Below, piece by piece: positions 52,323-64,000 of a stretch of DNA of 64,000 nucleotides (the first letter of the stretch is position 1; every line of letters begins with the position of its first letter). Under the pieces are notes generated by a model that saw only the letters and a list, made by a program, of their open reading frames with translations, did no database searches and had not been told where the DNA came from. Source of the DNA: Octopus vulgaris. Lineage: Eukaryota. The stretch is taken from contig OX597819.1 in NCBI GenBank assembly GCA_951406725.2, positions 74,648,001 to 74,712,000 on the forward strand, in the 5' to 3' direction. The position numbers and the translations under genes were made by a program.

Positions 52323-52626
52323 AGAACGAAGTGAACAACGTCTCAGCAATGACTCACAAGAAACGCCAGACGAATTCCGGCATCGTTGAGTCTCATTGAT
52401 AACATTTACTCGCCAGTCACATGACTAGAGACGAAATTTTCCTCACCGGCTTTCTGTTATACAGGTAGCAGTAAATGTATCATTTACTCTTCCTGTATCT
52501 TAGAGGGGAGAGAATCCATCCAGACACGTGACTAGCCAGCAAACGTCGTTGATAAAGCTCAACGAAGCTGAAATTCGTCTGGCGCTCTCGTGAATCACTG
52601 CCGAGGCGATTTTTCATCTCGTTTCC
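52323..52626. repeat. Diverged inverted repeat (~105-bp arms, ~90-nt spacer), probable old MITE
   Basis: CGCCAGACGAATTCCGGCATCGTTGAG vs CTCAACGAAGCTGAAATTCGTCTGGCG; complementarity continues on both sides. Confidence 0.8.
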
Positions 52627-53344
52627 GTTTGCTCATACTACTTTGCTCATAATTTATGAGAATTCCTATAACAGACAAAACTCACAGAACTTTGGAGAAG
52701 TGACAGTTGACTTGGAATGGCGCGTGGCCCAGTGGTTAGTCGTCATATTATGGGTTCGATTCCCGGACCAGGCAGTGTGTTTTGTTCTCGAGCAAAACGC
52801 CTCATTCTATGTTGCTCTTCTGATGTAGTAGGGACATGTCAAAACCGTCACCAACAACGACTACCCCAAAACAATCCCATGAGTTGGAGGGTTATTGCTT
52901 GAGTAGTGCAGAAGTACCATCCGCCAGCAGAAGCAGGAAATGACCAACAAATTGGTGGATGCTGCAACACACTGTTATAGCGCATGCTCCCATACTACTA
53001 CTACTACTACTACTACAGTTAATTTAATCGACTGATTAATTTTTGTCTAACCTACAATGCTGAAAACTAGAATCTGCTCCGGCAGGTATTTAAACTCGAG
53101 TCGACATAACACGAACCACTTACTATTGCTTTATGCCACCACCACCACTACCAGCTTGTGTCTGTGAGTTATTTCTCTCTAACATTGTTTACCCTTGATG
53201 CCAAGACAATCGCCTTCTGCAGCAGTGTGGTTCGTCTATGTCCACATTCTTGGTTTATTGACCAGACCTTCAGATGACTCGCTACGGTCACCCAACAAAA
53301 CGAAGAGATGGAAATCTATTTCAAATCTTAACTGATCGTAATTC

Positions 53345-53525
53345 ACATTTGACACAAAGCCGGCAATTTTCGGGGGAGAGGTTAAGTCGATTACATCGAT
53401 CCCAGTGCTCAACTGGATTTTATCGATCCCAAAAGAATGACAAAGTCGAACCCGGCAACAATTGAACCCAGAACGTAAGGTCAGGCAAAAAACCGCTGAG
53501 CAATTTGCCCGGCGCAGTAACGATT
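53345..53525 (-). mobile_element. Meta-type SINE, diverged
   Basis: Head GGCGAGCTGGCAGAATCGTT and core on minus strand; similar diverged copies at 45535-45670 and 49240-49455. Confidence 0.75.
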
Positions 53526-54129
53526 CTGCCAGCTCGCCACCCTCAGCTGTTCATAATTTATTATAATTTATTTGTTTGAGGTTAAACCAACAAAGTTGTT
53601 CAAATAAACTTGTTTATGTTTACATACATTGATTCACAACAATTGATACCGACTTAATAAAGATTATCCCGTACGTCAGTACCAGACACATGTTCTGGAG
53701 TGAAAGAATGCATCAAAAGTGAACTCCGGCATGGTTTGAACTCAGAACGTTAGGCTTTCTTGTTTTATCTATCATCCTAAAAAGAACGATCATATTTTGC
53801 AGTGACTCTAGCTTCGGAAATTAAGTAATTATCTTTATATTTAATTAACAACTGAAAGTCCGACCAATTATATATCCTATCGGATTTGTGGTTTTAAATT
53901 AAAAATCTTGACTTTCAGACTTCTTGCTTCGAGTTCTTTATTCTAAATGAATGGACAGTCTTCCTTTGAATCTGTCGCCTCTATGAATACTTTATGTAAT
54001 TACTATGATAAACCACAGCATGGAAACCATTTGGGAACAACAACAGCTGAGAGGAAACAAATAAAGTTAATGTTGAGAAACAAGAATTACGCTCTTCCGG
54101 TATTCACACCCGAGTATCCTAGTTGCTTA

Positions 54130-54259
54130 AAGGTGCAGCTGTGTGGTAAGAAGCTTACTTCCCAACCACATGGTTCCGGGTTGAATCCCACTGCGTGGCA
54201 CCTTGGGCCAACCAAAGCCTTGTGAGTAGAATCGGTAGACGAAACTGAAAGAAACCCGT

Positions 54260-54327
<68 letters not shown>

Positions 54328-54535
54328 TGTTTGTCCTAATCACCGCTTGACAACCGGTGTTGGTGCGTTTCCGCCCCGTAGCTTGGAGGTTCAGCAAAAG
54401 AATCTGATAGAATAAGAACCAGGCTTACAAAAAATAAATACTGCGGTCGATTCATTCGACAAAAAATTCTCCAAAGCGGTGCCCAGCATGGCCGCCGTTT
54501 AATGGTTGAAAAAAGTTAAAAGATGAAAGATAAAT
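54130..54535 (+). mobile_element. OK-like SINE with central (TA)n
   Basis: Head, core, tail GCGGTGCCCAGCATGGCCGC. Confidence 0.88.
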
Positions 54536-54894
54536 AGTTGAACCGAGTTGTCTTTGAGAAACAAAAAATACTGGAAAAGATGAAATAATAAAAAAGAAAA
54601 GATTTCATAGAAACCAGCAGACTCTTCAAAAGGCCGTGGGTTTACCTGGTTTGCCAGATGAACAGAGATCATGGCAAGAAACTGCGGGAAGGGCAGCTCT
54701 GTCCAACTCACTTCTTCACCAGAACCAATTCCAGACAGAGGGCCACTAAATGAGTCTAAAATAAGCGCGCGTTAGCGCTAATGGCAGTGCCTCAGCATAG
54801 CCACAACCTCTGGTTGAAACCGATAATCGAATAATAATAATACAAATAATAATAATAGTAATAATAAATAATAATAATAATTATTATTATTATT

Positions 54895-55278
54895 ATTTCA
54901 AATTTTTACCACAAAGGCAGCTTGGGGGAGGCGGGGATGAGTCGATTACATCGATCCCAGTGATGTTACTGGTATTTATTTTATCGACCGTTGAAAGGAT
55001 GAAAGGCAAAGTTGACCTCGGCGGAATTTGAACTCAGAACGTAGCGACAGACGAAATACCTATTTCTTTACTACCCACAAGAGAGGACAAACAAGGACAG
55101 ACAAACGGATTAAGTCGATTATATTGACTCCAGTACGTAATTGGTACTCAATTTATCGACCCCGAAAGGATGAAAGGCAAAGTCGACCTCGGCGGAATTT
55201 GAACTCAGAACGTAACGGCAGACGAAATACGGCTACGCACTTCGCCCGGCGTGCTAACGTTTCTACCAGCTCGCAGCC

Positions 55279-55280
<2 letters not shown>
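54895..55280 (-). mobile_element. Composite Meta-type SINE joined at GGTATT
   Basis: Junction AATACC|TATTTCTTTACTACC at 55055-55061; duplicated core. Confidence 0.9.
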
Positions 55281-55340
<60 letters not shown>

Positions 55341-55341
<1 letters not shown>

Positions 55342-55673
55342 GAATAGAAAGTGCCAGCTAATTGACTTTACAGTCCCAAATGATGAAAAAATCAATATGA
55401 GAGGTATAGAAAAATTAGCAAAGTACCAGGACCTTGACATTAAGTAAATGTATTGCAGGAGTTATAGGTGCAATGGGAATGAATTATCCCTAAAGATCTG
55501 GACAGATGGATAGAGGAAATAGGCATAAAACCCAGTTTAGTACAGCTGCAGAAAACAGTGTTATTAGGGAGAGGTAGGATACTTAGGGGGCTTCTTGGCA
55601 TCTAAGGCAACTTGTTGTAGCCCTATGTTAGGAATTTTTCTTTTCCAACAGTCTAATCTGTTGCGTGTACATG
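55341..55673 (+). mobile_element. R4/Dong-clade non-LTR retrotransposon 3' fragment (RLE C-terminus + 3'UTR) in (TAA)n
   Basis: NRKCQLIDFTVPNDEKINMRGIEKLAKYQDL / VIGAMG / IPKDLDRWIEEIGIKPSLVQLQKTVLLGRGRILRGLLGI* (stop 55603-55605); (AAT)n on both sides, the known Dong target. Confidence 0.88.
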
Positions 55674-55863
55674 AATAATAATAATAATAATATAAATTAT
55701 AATAACAATAATAATAACAATACTGCTTGTAACATTGACTACAACGTAGGCACAGTCATATAAGTTTGTATATTATGCAGGTAGGAAGCAACATTCCTGC
55801 TGTACACGTTAAGATTTTTCCTATCAAATATTTAGATTAATGACAAACTTTATTAAAATCACA

Positions 55864-55894
<31 letters not shown>

Positions 55895-56071
55895 CTTCTT
55901 AAACAGAATCAAACAGTAAACAAATACTTCTTTCTCTATCTGTCTGTCTGTCTCTCTAACAAACACTCATTTCTTTCCATACACACACACATATATATAC
56001 ATCTATACATATATACATGCGTGCATGAGAGAGAAAAAGAGGGAGGGAAACAATAATAATAATAATAATAA

Positions 56072-56287
56072 TCCTTTTTACTATAGGAACAAGTCCTGAA
56101 ATTTTGGGGGAGGGAACTAGTCGATTACATCGACCTCAGTACTTCACTGGTAATTATTTTATCGACCCTGAAAGGACGAAAAGCAAAGTCGACCTCGGCA
56201 GAATTTGAACTTAGAACATGAAGAGGGATGAAATACCGCTAAGCATTCTGCCCGGCGTACTAACGATTCTGCCAGCTTGCCACCTTA
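56072..56287 (-). mobile_element. Meta-type SINE, full length, within (ATT)n
   Basis: Head, core and GTAAAAAGG-ATTATT tail; (TAA)n on both sides. Confidence 0.88.
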
Positions 56288-56560
56288 ATAATAATAATAA
56301 TAACGATGATGATGATTTGTTACATTGACACAAAAACCATTGGAGCGAATCAGAGCAAGCACTCATATTAAGAATAAAACCTTAAGGTCAAACCAGTCAT
56401 CCATGTCAATGGCAAAACCTCTCTCAATGTTCTCACCCTTTTTCTCTGAGGGACACTAAAAACAAAACAGTAAAAGGGCTGAACACAACCCCTTTTATTC
56501 GTTCTATCACCAGTGTACATTTTTTTCCTTTTATTTCCCTTTTATTATTATTATTATAAT

Positions 56561-56605
<45 letters not shown>

Positions 56606-57134
56606 TTCGAAAGTCCACAGAGAACTACTACCCTCGTTTAATCATTCCGAGTGAAAGGTGAGATAGAACGAAAAGCTGAGCTCACGCCAACCCCGTTGAT
56701 TGGAGGGGCCGGGGAGACTGACATAAATACAAGTCACTGGTAACGGTTTATTGCACAACAATGTTAAAGACACACACAGACACCATCTCTTGAGTGGACG
56801 AGCACCACCAAAACATATTTATTACTCGTCGTCTTCCACCTGCTGTTGCTACGGTACATCGTCGTCGCCAGGGCTGGAATCTACGGCAAACATACGTGCG
56901 TACATATCCACAATGCATTCACACACACACACGTCTGCACTGATGTAAAGGCACGCATGTGTATTCACCGTAGATTATATTACACAGAGATAAACAACGG
57001 ACTGGCAGACAAACAAACGGTCAGGTTCTGTTGTGGCATTAAGAAGAGTCATGACCACCTCTAACGGTTAGAATAAAAAGGGCTGGGTTTTTAAGTGCCG
57101 ACTCTTCAGAAGAAGAAAACACAACCCAAACATC

Positions 57135-57179
<45 letters not shown>

Positions 57180-57214
57180 GTGTACGTGTGTGTACAGTTA
57201 GGTAGAGTCAGGTA

Positions 57215-57345
57215 TTTTAAATGGTAGAGATCGCTCAGCGGGAATTCGAGAGGTACAGGGTTCGATTCTCGGCAGAGAATTGCTGGCCACTTTTTCAAAT
57301 GGGTGATGCCCCAGCATGGCCGCAGCTTCCGAGCTGAAACTAGTT
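57215..57345 (+). mobile_element. Short tRNA-derived SINE sharing the OK-type tail
   Basis: TGGTAGAG..GGGTTCGATTCTC head joined almost directly to GATGCCCCAGCATGGCCGCAGC..GCTGAAAC. Confidence 0.6.
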
Positions 57346-58129
57346 AGAGGGTTACACACACACACACATACACTCATAATGAGACAGACATACAGACAAA
57401 CAGACGGGTATGTAGGTAGTTTGGAGCGACATCAAATGCTACTGGACAAGAAGAGGCGCGATGAGAAAGATGGATAGATAAATACACGGAGAGAGAAGGG
57501 AAAAGGAGAGAGAGAGACGGTGAGAGAGAAAGAGAGAGAGAGAGAGGAGAAAACCAGGTAAGCTAAACTCGCTCTTGGCTTTTTCACAGCCAAGCAAGAT
57601 AAAGAACGATCATGTAAAGAAGTCAGCTTGTATAGTCGATTAGCGATTGAGAGAGAGAGAGAGAGGGGGAGGAGACAGACAGAGACACAGAAAGAGAGAT
57701 AAGGTGGTGGTGGTGGTGGTAGTGTTGGTGGAATATGAAATAAAAAGCTTAACAAGGTCTGGTAAACACTTCTCCCCCAGCTGTACTCACTGCCCCTCAC
57801 TCACTGTCCCTGCCACCACTCACCGCCACCGCCATTACCATCCGTCCTTCAATGTGAAGGAGGATTTCTTTTACTCGCCCGGCAACCAACAACATTCCAA
57901 CAGACAGAAAACGTATCCAGGAATGAAAGCAATGGTTGCCGTTGTTGCTGCCAAGCAAAAACTGATGTCCTCCGCCTCTTCAGTGTGCGCCGCTGGAATG
58001 GTGACGTGAGAGAGAAAGAGCAAGGGGCGTGGGGGCAACGAGGGAGAGCAATGTGAGACAAGATAAATGGATTGATGCACGTGAGAGACACAAGCAGGAG
58101 AGACTGAGAGAGAGAGAGAGAGAAATAAG

Positions 58130-58342
58130 AACGAGAAGGAAGAGCAAGAAGGAGAGTAAGAGGAAGAAGAAGACAACGAAGAAGAAGAAAAAGAAAAAGA
58201 AGAAAAAGAAAAAGAAAAAGAAGAAAAAGAAAAAGAAGAAAAAGAAAAAGAAAAGAAGAAGAAGAAGAAGAAGAAGAAGAAGAAGAAGAAGAAGAAGAAG
58301 AAGAAGAAGAAGAAGAAGAAGAAGAAGAAGAAGAAGAAGAAA
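58130..58342. repeat. Polypurine (GAA)n/(GAAAAA)n tract
   Basis: Direct reading. Confidence 0.95.
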
Positions 58343-59134
58343 TAATAATAATGAGAATAGAAGTAAAATTATATGTTGAATGCATTATTAAATCTCCGAA
58401 CGAGATGTAATGTATTTCAGAAATTTTATGGGGTGTGAGCTGAAGAAATGGTTTTAAACGGTTAAAAAGATTTCATTGAGATCGATAATACTTATTACTG
58501 AGAAAAGAGCCATCAGCATTAAAGCTAGCCTCCTAACCTGTGGCTGGTGATAGTGGGAGGATAGAGAGAAAGGATAACGGAAACAGTGATGGGTGAAAGA
58601 GAAGTGAGGTGTATGTGATAAAGAGAGAGAGGGGAGACTGAAAAGAAAGAGTAAAAAAAGCATCAGGTGATGGTTATAACAGAATGAGGGGAGAGAATGA
58701 GAAGAGAGCAAAAGGGAGTGAGAAGGTGTAAAGGCTAAATATAAATGATAATCGGAGAACGAGAGAGAGAGAGTGTGTGTGTGTGTGTGTGTGTGTGTCT
58801 GTGGAAGAAAGAGGACGATGAAATAAAGTAGGGCAAGATAAAACATGAAAACCACTTCATAAATCTTTCTCTCTCTCTCTATCATTGGTTTTACAAGAGA
58901 GACGAGTGACATGAAACTGATGGCCATTGTCGTGTTACTTCCCCTATCATTAATAACGACACTCGCACACAGATACCAACGGTGAACAACAACGACGACG
59001 ACTTCGACTGAATTTATCTTTTACAGCCTTCGTTCCCACACACTTCGTGGCATCATGGGTGTGTCTGAATGTGAGCGTGTGTCTGTTTGACTGACTGAGT
59101 GTGAATATGTGTCAATATGTCTGTAAATATTATG

Positions 59135-59372
59135 CATGTATATATATATATATATATATATATATGTTACATATACATATATAATACATATACATTTATA
59201 TATATTACATATACACACATTATATATATTACATACTCACATATATATATATTACATACACACACATATATAGTACATATACACGTATATACATATATGA
59301 CATATACATATATATATTACATATTCACACATATATATACTACATACACACACACACATATATATATATACT

Positions 59373-59431
<59 letters not shown>

Positions 59432-59931
59432 CATACATATATATATTACCTATATGTATATCACCTATATGCATATTAACTATATGTATATTACCTATAT
59501 GTATATTACATATATGTATATTACATATATGTATATTACATATATGTATATTACATTTATGTATGTTACATTTATGTATATTACATTTATGTATATTACA
59601 TTTATGTATGTTACATTTATGTATATTACATTTATGTATATTACAGATATATATATATTACGTATATATGTATATTACATATATATATGTATATTACATA
59701 TATATGTATATTACATATATATATATATTACGTATATATGTATATTACATATATATATGTATATTACATATATATGTATATTACATATATATGTATTGTT
59801 TTGTTTTGTATATTACATATATATGTATATTACATATATATATATATATATATTACATATATATATATATATTACATATATATGTATTGTTTTGTTTTGT
59901 ATATTACATATATATGTATATTACATATATA

Positions 59932-59975
<44 letters not shown>

Positions 59976-60277
59976 TACATATACATATATATATATATAT
60001 ATATATATTACATATTATATATATATATATATATATATATTTATTACATATATATATATATATATTTATTACATATATATATATATGTATATATTTATTA
60101 CATATATATTACATATATATATATATCATATATATGTATATATTTATTACATATATATTACATATATATATATATCATATATATATATATTTATCACATA
60201 TATATATATTATTTATCACATATATATATATATTTATTACATATATATATATTACATATATATATATATATTACATT

Positions 60278-60310
<33 letters not shown>

Positions 60311-60313
60311 TAC

Positions 60314-60344
<31 letters not shown>

Positions 60345-60583
60345 ATTACATATATATATATTACATATATATATATTACATATATATATATTACATATAT
60401 ATATATTACATATATATATATATTATATATATATATATTACATATATATATATATTACATATATATATATATTACATATATATATATTACATATATATAT
60501 ATATATATTACATATATATATATTTATTACATATACATATATATATATTACATATATACATATATATATATATTTATTACATA

Positions 60584-60616
<33 letters not shown>

Positions 60617-60642
60617 TACATATATATATATATATTACATAT

Positions 60643-60677
<35 letters not shown>

Positions 60678-60766
60678 CATATATATATATATATATATAT
60701 ATTACATATATATATATATTTATTACATATATATTACATATATATATATATTTATTACATATATAT
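59135..60766. repeat. ~1.6-kb (TA)n/TTACA satellite
   Basis: ATATTAC(AT)n units; source of three ~400-aa low-complexity ORFs. Confidence 0.95.
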
Positions 60767-61025
60767 TGCCTTGTGAGTGGATTTAGTAGACGGAAACTGA
60801 AAGAATCCCGTTTTTATATGTATATATGTTTGTGTGTCTGTGTTTGTCCCCCAACAACGCTTGACAACTGATGCTTGTGTGCTTACGTCCTCGTAAACTA
60901 GAGGGTCGGCAAAAGTGACCGACAGAATAAGTATTAGGTTTACAAAGAATTAGTCCTGGGATCGATTTCTTCGACTAAAGGCGGTGCTCCAGCATGGCCG
61001 CAGTCAAATTACTGAAACATGTAAA

Positions 61026-61030
<5 letters not shown>
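60767..61030 (+). mobile_element. OK-like SINE, head lost
   Basis: GCCTTGTGAGTGGATTT..GGCGGTGCTCCAGCATGGCCGCAGTC. Confidence 0.85.
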
Positions 61031-61077
<47 letters not shown>

Positions 61078-62055
61078 CTCGGCATAACTGGGAAAATTGG
61101 AGTGTGGTTGCATGACTTCTTAAAAGACAGAAGCCATGCTGTAGAAGCCAACGAAGACCTCGGCATAACTGGGAAAATTGGAGTGTGGTTGCATGACTTC
61201 TTAAAAGACAGAAGCCATGCTGTAGAAGCCAACGAAGACCTTTCTACAAAGTCAATAACAGAAAGTGGAGTGCCCCAAGGAACTGCATTGAGGCCACTAC
61301 TGTTCATGGTGGCTCTTTCAAACATACCATCATTTACACAGATCGCCTCACTTACTAGCTATTTCGACGACATGAAACTAGTACAAGGAGTCAATGAACC
61401 TTCTGATGCTAATCTACAGAAAGAACTAGATGCCATATTAAAATGGGTTGAGGACAACAACATGCAATTTAATGCAGGCAAATTCTATGCCCTGCTCTAC
61501 CAGCTAATTGGTGCTCAGACGTCACAATAACGATACTTTGGACCAAAAGAAGCGGCAATCCTAGAATCACATACGGTACGTGATCTTGAGAGTGATATGA
61601 GCAACGATGCCTCGTTTCATATGCATGTCACCAAGATGGTGGCAGTGTGCAGGCGAATTTCGGGGTGGATTCCGAGAACCTTCAGAACAAGGGATCAGGA
61701 AACTATGCAGGTCCTATGGAGGACATTTGTCCTCAGCCGTTGAACTACTGCTCTCAACTGTGATCACCTTACACTGTAGTAGGATTAATAGCAGAACCTG
61801 AGATGGTTCAGTGATACTACACGAGGAATATTGCATCACTGAAACAGCTGTGCTACTGGGAGAGACCGAAAGACCTACGAGTCTACTCCCTGGAGCGAAG
61901 ACGGGAGAGGTACGCAGTGATAAATGTGTGGAAGATACTGGTGGGGCTGGCACGAAACTTTGGAATTGAGTGTTATACCAGACCTCGAAATGGATGTTAC
62001 AAAAGTGCCAGCTGTCTCATCTAAGGCGAGGACCAAGTACTGCAATAGCTTGGGA
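61078..62055 (+). mobile_element. CR1-group LINE reverse-transcriptase remnant
   Basis: GITGKIGVWLHDFLKDR..SGVPQGTALRPLLF..SYFDDMKL..LQKELDAILKWVEDNNMQFNAGKF, then VRDL..GWIPRTFRTRD..YCSQL; stops and frameshifts. Confidence 0.9.
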
Positions 62056-62339
62056 TATGTTTTCGACCCTATAACTTAGCGGTTCGGCAAAAGAGAACAA
62101 TAGAATAGGTACCAGACTTTAAAAATTGGTTAAAAATTATTCAGTCTAATGACTGAAAACAAATAAAGGTAAAATACAGAGAAAAAATATGTGAAGCTTC
62201 AATTGGGAGGCGTTTAATATGGCTGAGTGTCTTTTATGCGATGGAATACGGTAATTCCATGTTGAATTGAAAGTGGAGTGATCATGGTTATTGCAAGAAT
62301 GGTCAGTATTGGCGCCATCTTGAATGATAAATGAAAACT

Positions 62340-62658
62340 GACACGCCGTCGGTGATGACGACGAGGGTTCCAGTTGATCCGATCAACGGAACAGCCTGCT
62401 TGTAAAGTAAACGTGCAAGCGGCCGAGTATTCCGCAGACACGCGCAAACTTAACGTAGTTCTCAGGGAGATTCAGAGTGACACAGAGTGTGGTCTGATTG
62501 GCCCGTTTGAATTACAGGTACAATTCATTTTTGCCAGTTGAATGGATTGGAGCAACATGAAATAAAGTGTTTTGCACAAGGACAACGTGCCGCCAGGAAT
62601 CGAACTCGCAACCTCACGATCGTGAGCTGAATACCTTAACCACTAAGCAACATGCCTT
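62340..62658 (-). mobile_element. OR1-like SINE, full length
   Basis: Head TGCTTAGTGGTTAAGG..GAGTTCGATTCC, core, GGAACCCTCGTCGTC tail. Confidence 0.88.
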
Positions 62659-63384
62659 CGCTGAATGATGAATATGTCTGCAGAAGAGAGGGGAGGAGAG
62701 AAAGGAGAATTAATGGAGATGAGAAGAGAGAACAGAGTGAGGAGGAGAAAGAAGTAGAGATGAATAAACAAATAAGAAAAAAGAGCAAGAAAAGAAAAGA
62801 GAGAGAGGGAGAGAGAGAGAGAGAGAGAGATAAGAGAAAGTAAAGGAGTTGCAGAATGAGGAGAAAAAGTGAGAAGAGGGTGGTGGGGGAGAGATATTGA
62901 GAATCTATTTGTATCTTTAAAAAACCTTCCAACATTTCACAACAGGTCCGTCCCCACCCCTCTCATACGCGCACACACACATAGAGTCAAACCCGAATGT
63001 GTGTGTGTGTGTGTGAAATTCTTAGCTGACTAACCACATATAATAAAGAGAAAGCGTCTAACAAAAATCATCGCTTGACATTAGCAGTTAATATACAAGA
63101 TTCACGACATAACACAGACACACACACACACAATTTAACCCGCTCCCACCCCCAACACACATTATGGAGGTGAAAAACAATGCGCAGCTAAAAAAGCTAT
63201 GTTAAAGTATGCAAAACATGATTGGTTACTGATAGCGCACACTGAGTCATGCTGACACTTGGCTCGATCTATACAGCATATATGTGTGTGTGTGTGCCTA
63301 TATGCACTAGTGCACTGTCTACCAGTGAAACCCGAATACTGATTTTAAATCGAAGATGCATTATATATATATATATATACATTC

Positions 63385-63636
63385 ATCCTCTCTTTCACTT
63401 GTTTCAGTCAGTTGACTGCGGCCATGCTGGAGCATCACCTTTTGGTCGAACAGATCGACCCCAAGACATTCTTTCTAAGCCCAATACTTATTCTATCGGT
63501 CACTTTTGGTCGAACAGATCGACCCCAAGACATTCTTTCTAAGCCCAGTACTTATTCTATCGGTCACTTTTGCTGAACCTCTAAGTTATAGGGGTCGTAA
63601 AAAAATACACACCAACATCGGTTAACAAGCGATGGT

Positions 63637-63673
<37 letters not shown>

Positions 63674-63830
63674 TACATACATACATACATACAATGGGCT
63701 TCTTTCAGTTTCCGCCTACCAAATCCATTTACAATGCTTTGGTCGGCCTGAGGCTATAGTAGAAAACACTTGCCCAAGGGATCACACGGTGGGACTGAAC
63801 CTGGAACCATGTAGTTTGGAAGCAAGTTTT
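63385..63830 (-). mobile_element. OK-like SINE with internal 64-bp tandem duplication
   Basis: 63439-63502 and 63503-63566 differ at about one base. Confidence 0.88.
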
Positions 63831-64000
63831 TTGGAGTTTTTTCAGAGGTGGAGGTCCGCATCCCATGTGTACGGCAAACACAACTTTTTCTCATTCAGGG
63901 CTTATATACAACAATATTAAATTATTTAACTTAGTCAATGCACGGTACTCGCTTTAAATTTATAAAAACAAAAAAAAATATTTTCCTCATTTACACAAAT

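Noticed and set aside
57780-58010. Several GTGAGT donor-like sites on minus strand in unique sequence
   Set aside because: Multiple competing sites within CACT/CAC low-complexity sequence and no clear acceptor.
58029-58379. Lys/Arg-rich protamine-like ORF
   Set aside because: Translation of (GAA)n/(GA)n microsatellite; no other gene signal.
59454-60871. Three overlapping ~400-aa ORFs
   Set aside because: Low-complexity satellite open in all frames; not coding evidence.

Overview
Eukaryotic, AT-rich, gene-poor window that looks like octopus (coleoid cephalopod) DNA. This assignment rests on recognising tRNA-derived SINEs like the octopus OK/OR families and was not verified by search. No intact protein-coding gene is present, and almost all listed ORFs are microsatellite artefacts. 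The window is a mosaic of: dozens of SINE copies from three head/core families with interchangeable 3' tails; a ~556-bp non-coding repeat tied to (TAA)n; a decayed full-length hAT (Buster/Charlie-type) transposon; several MITEs (hAT, Tc1/mariner, Tigger, an 8-bp-TSD element carrying TTAGGG repeats); a Helentron-type HINE; LINE remnants (RTE, CR1, R4/Dong, probable L1/Tx1); multi-kb TA/CA satellites; and many fold-back hairpins. One 45-nt minus-strand exon candidate suggests the window is mostly intron of a large gene. Most notable: (1) a SINE tail variant whose five copies all join the same hexamer GGTATT, including inside unrelated hosts, suggesting sequence-specific retrotransposition; (2) two minimal Penelope-type hammerhead ribozymes plus a hammerhead-derived palindrome.
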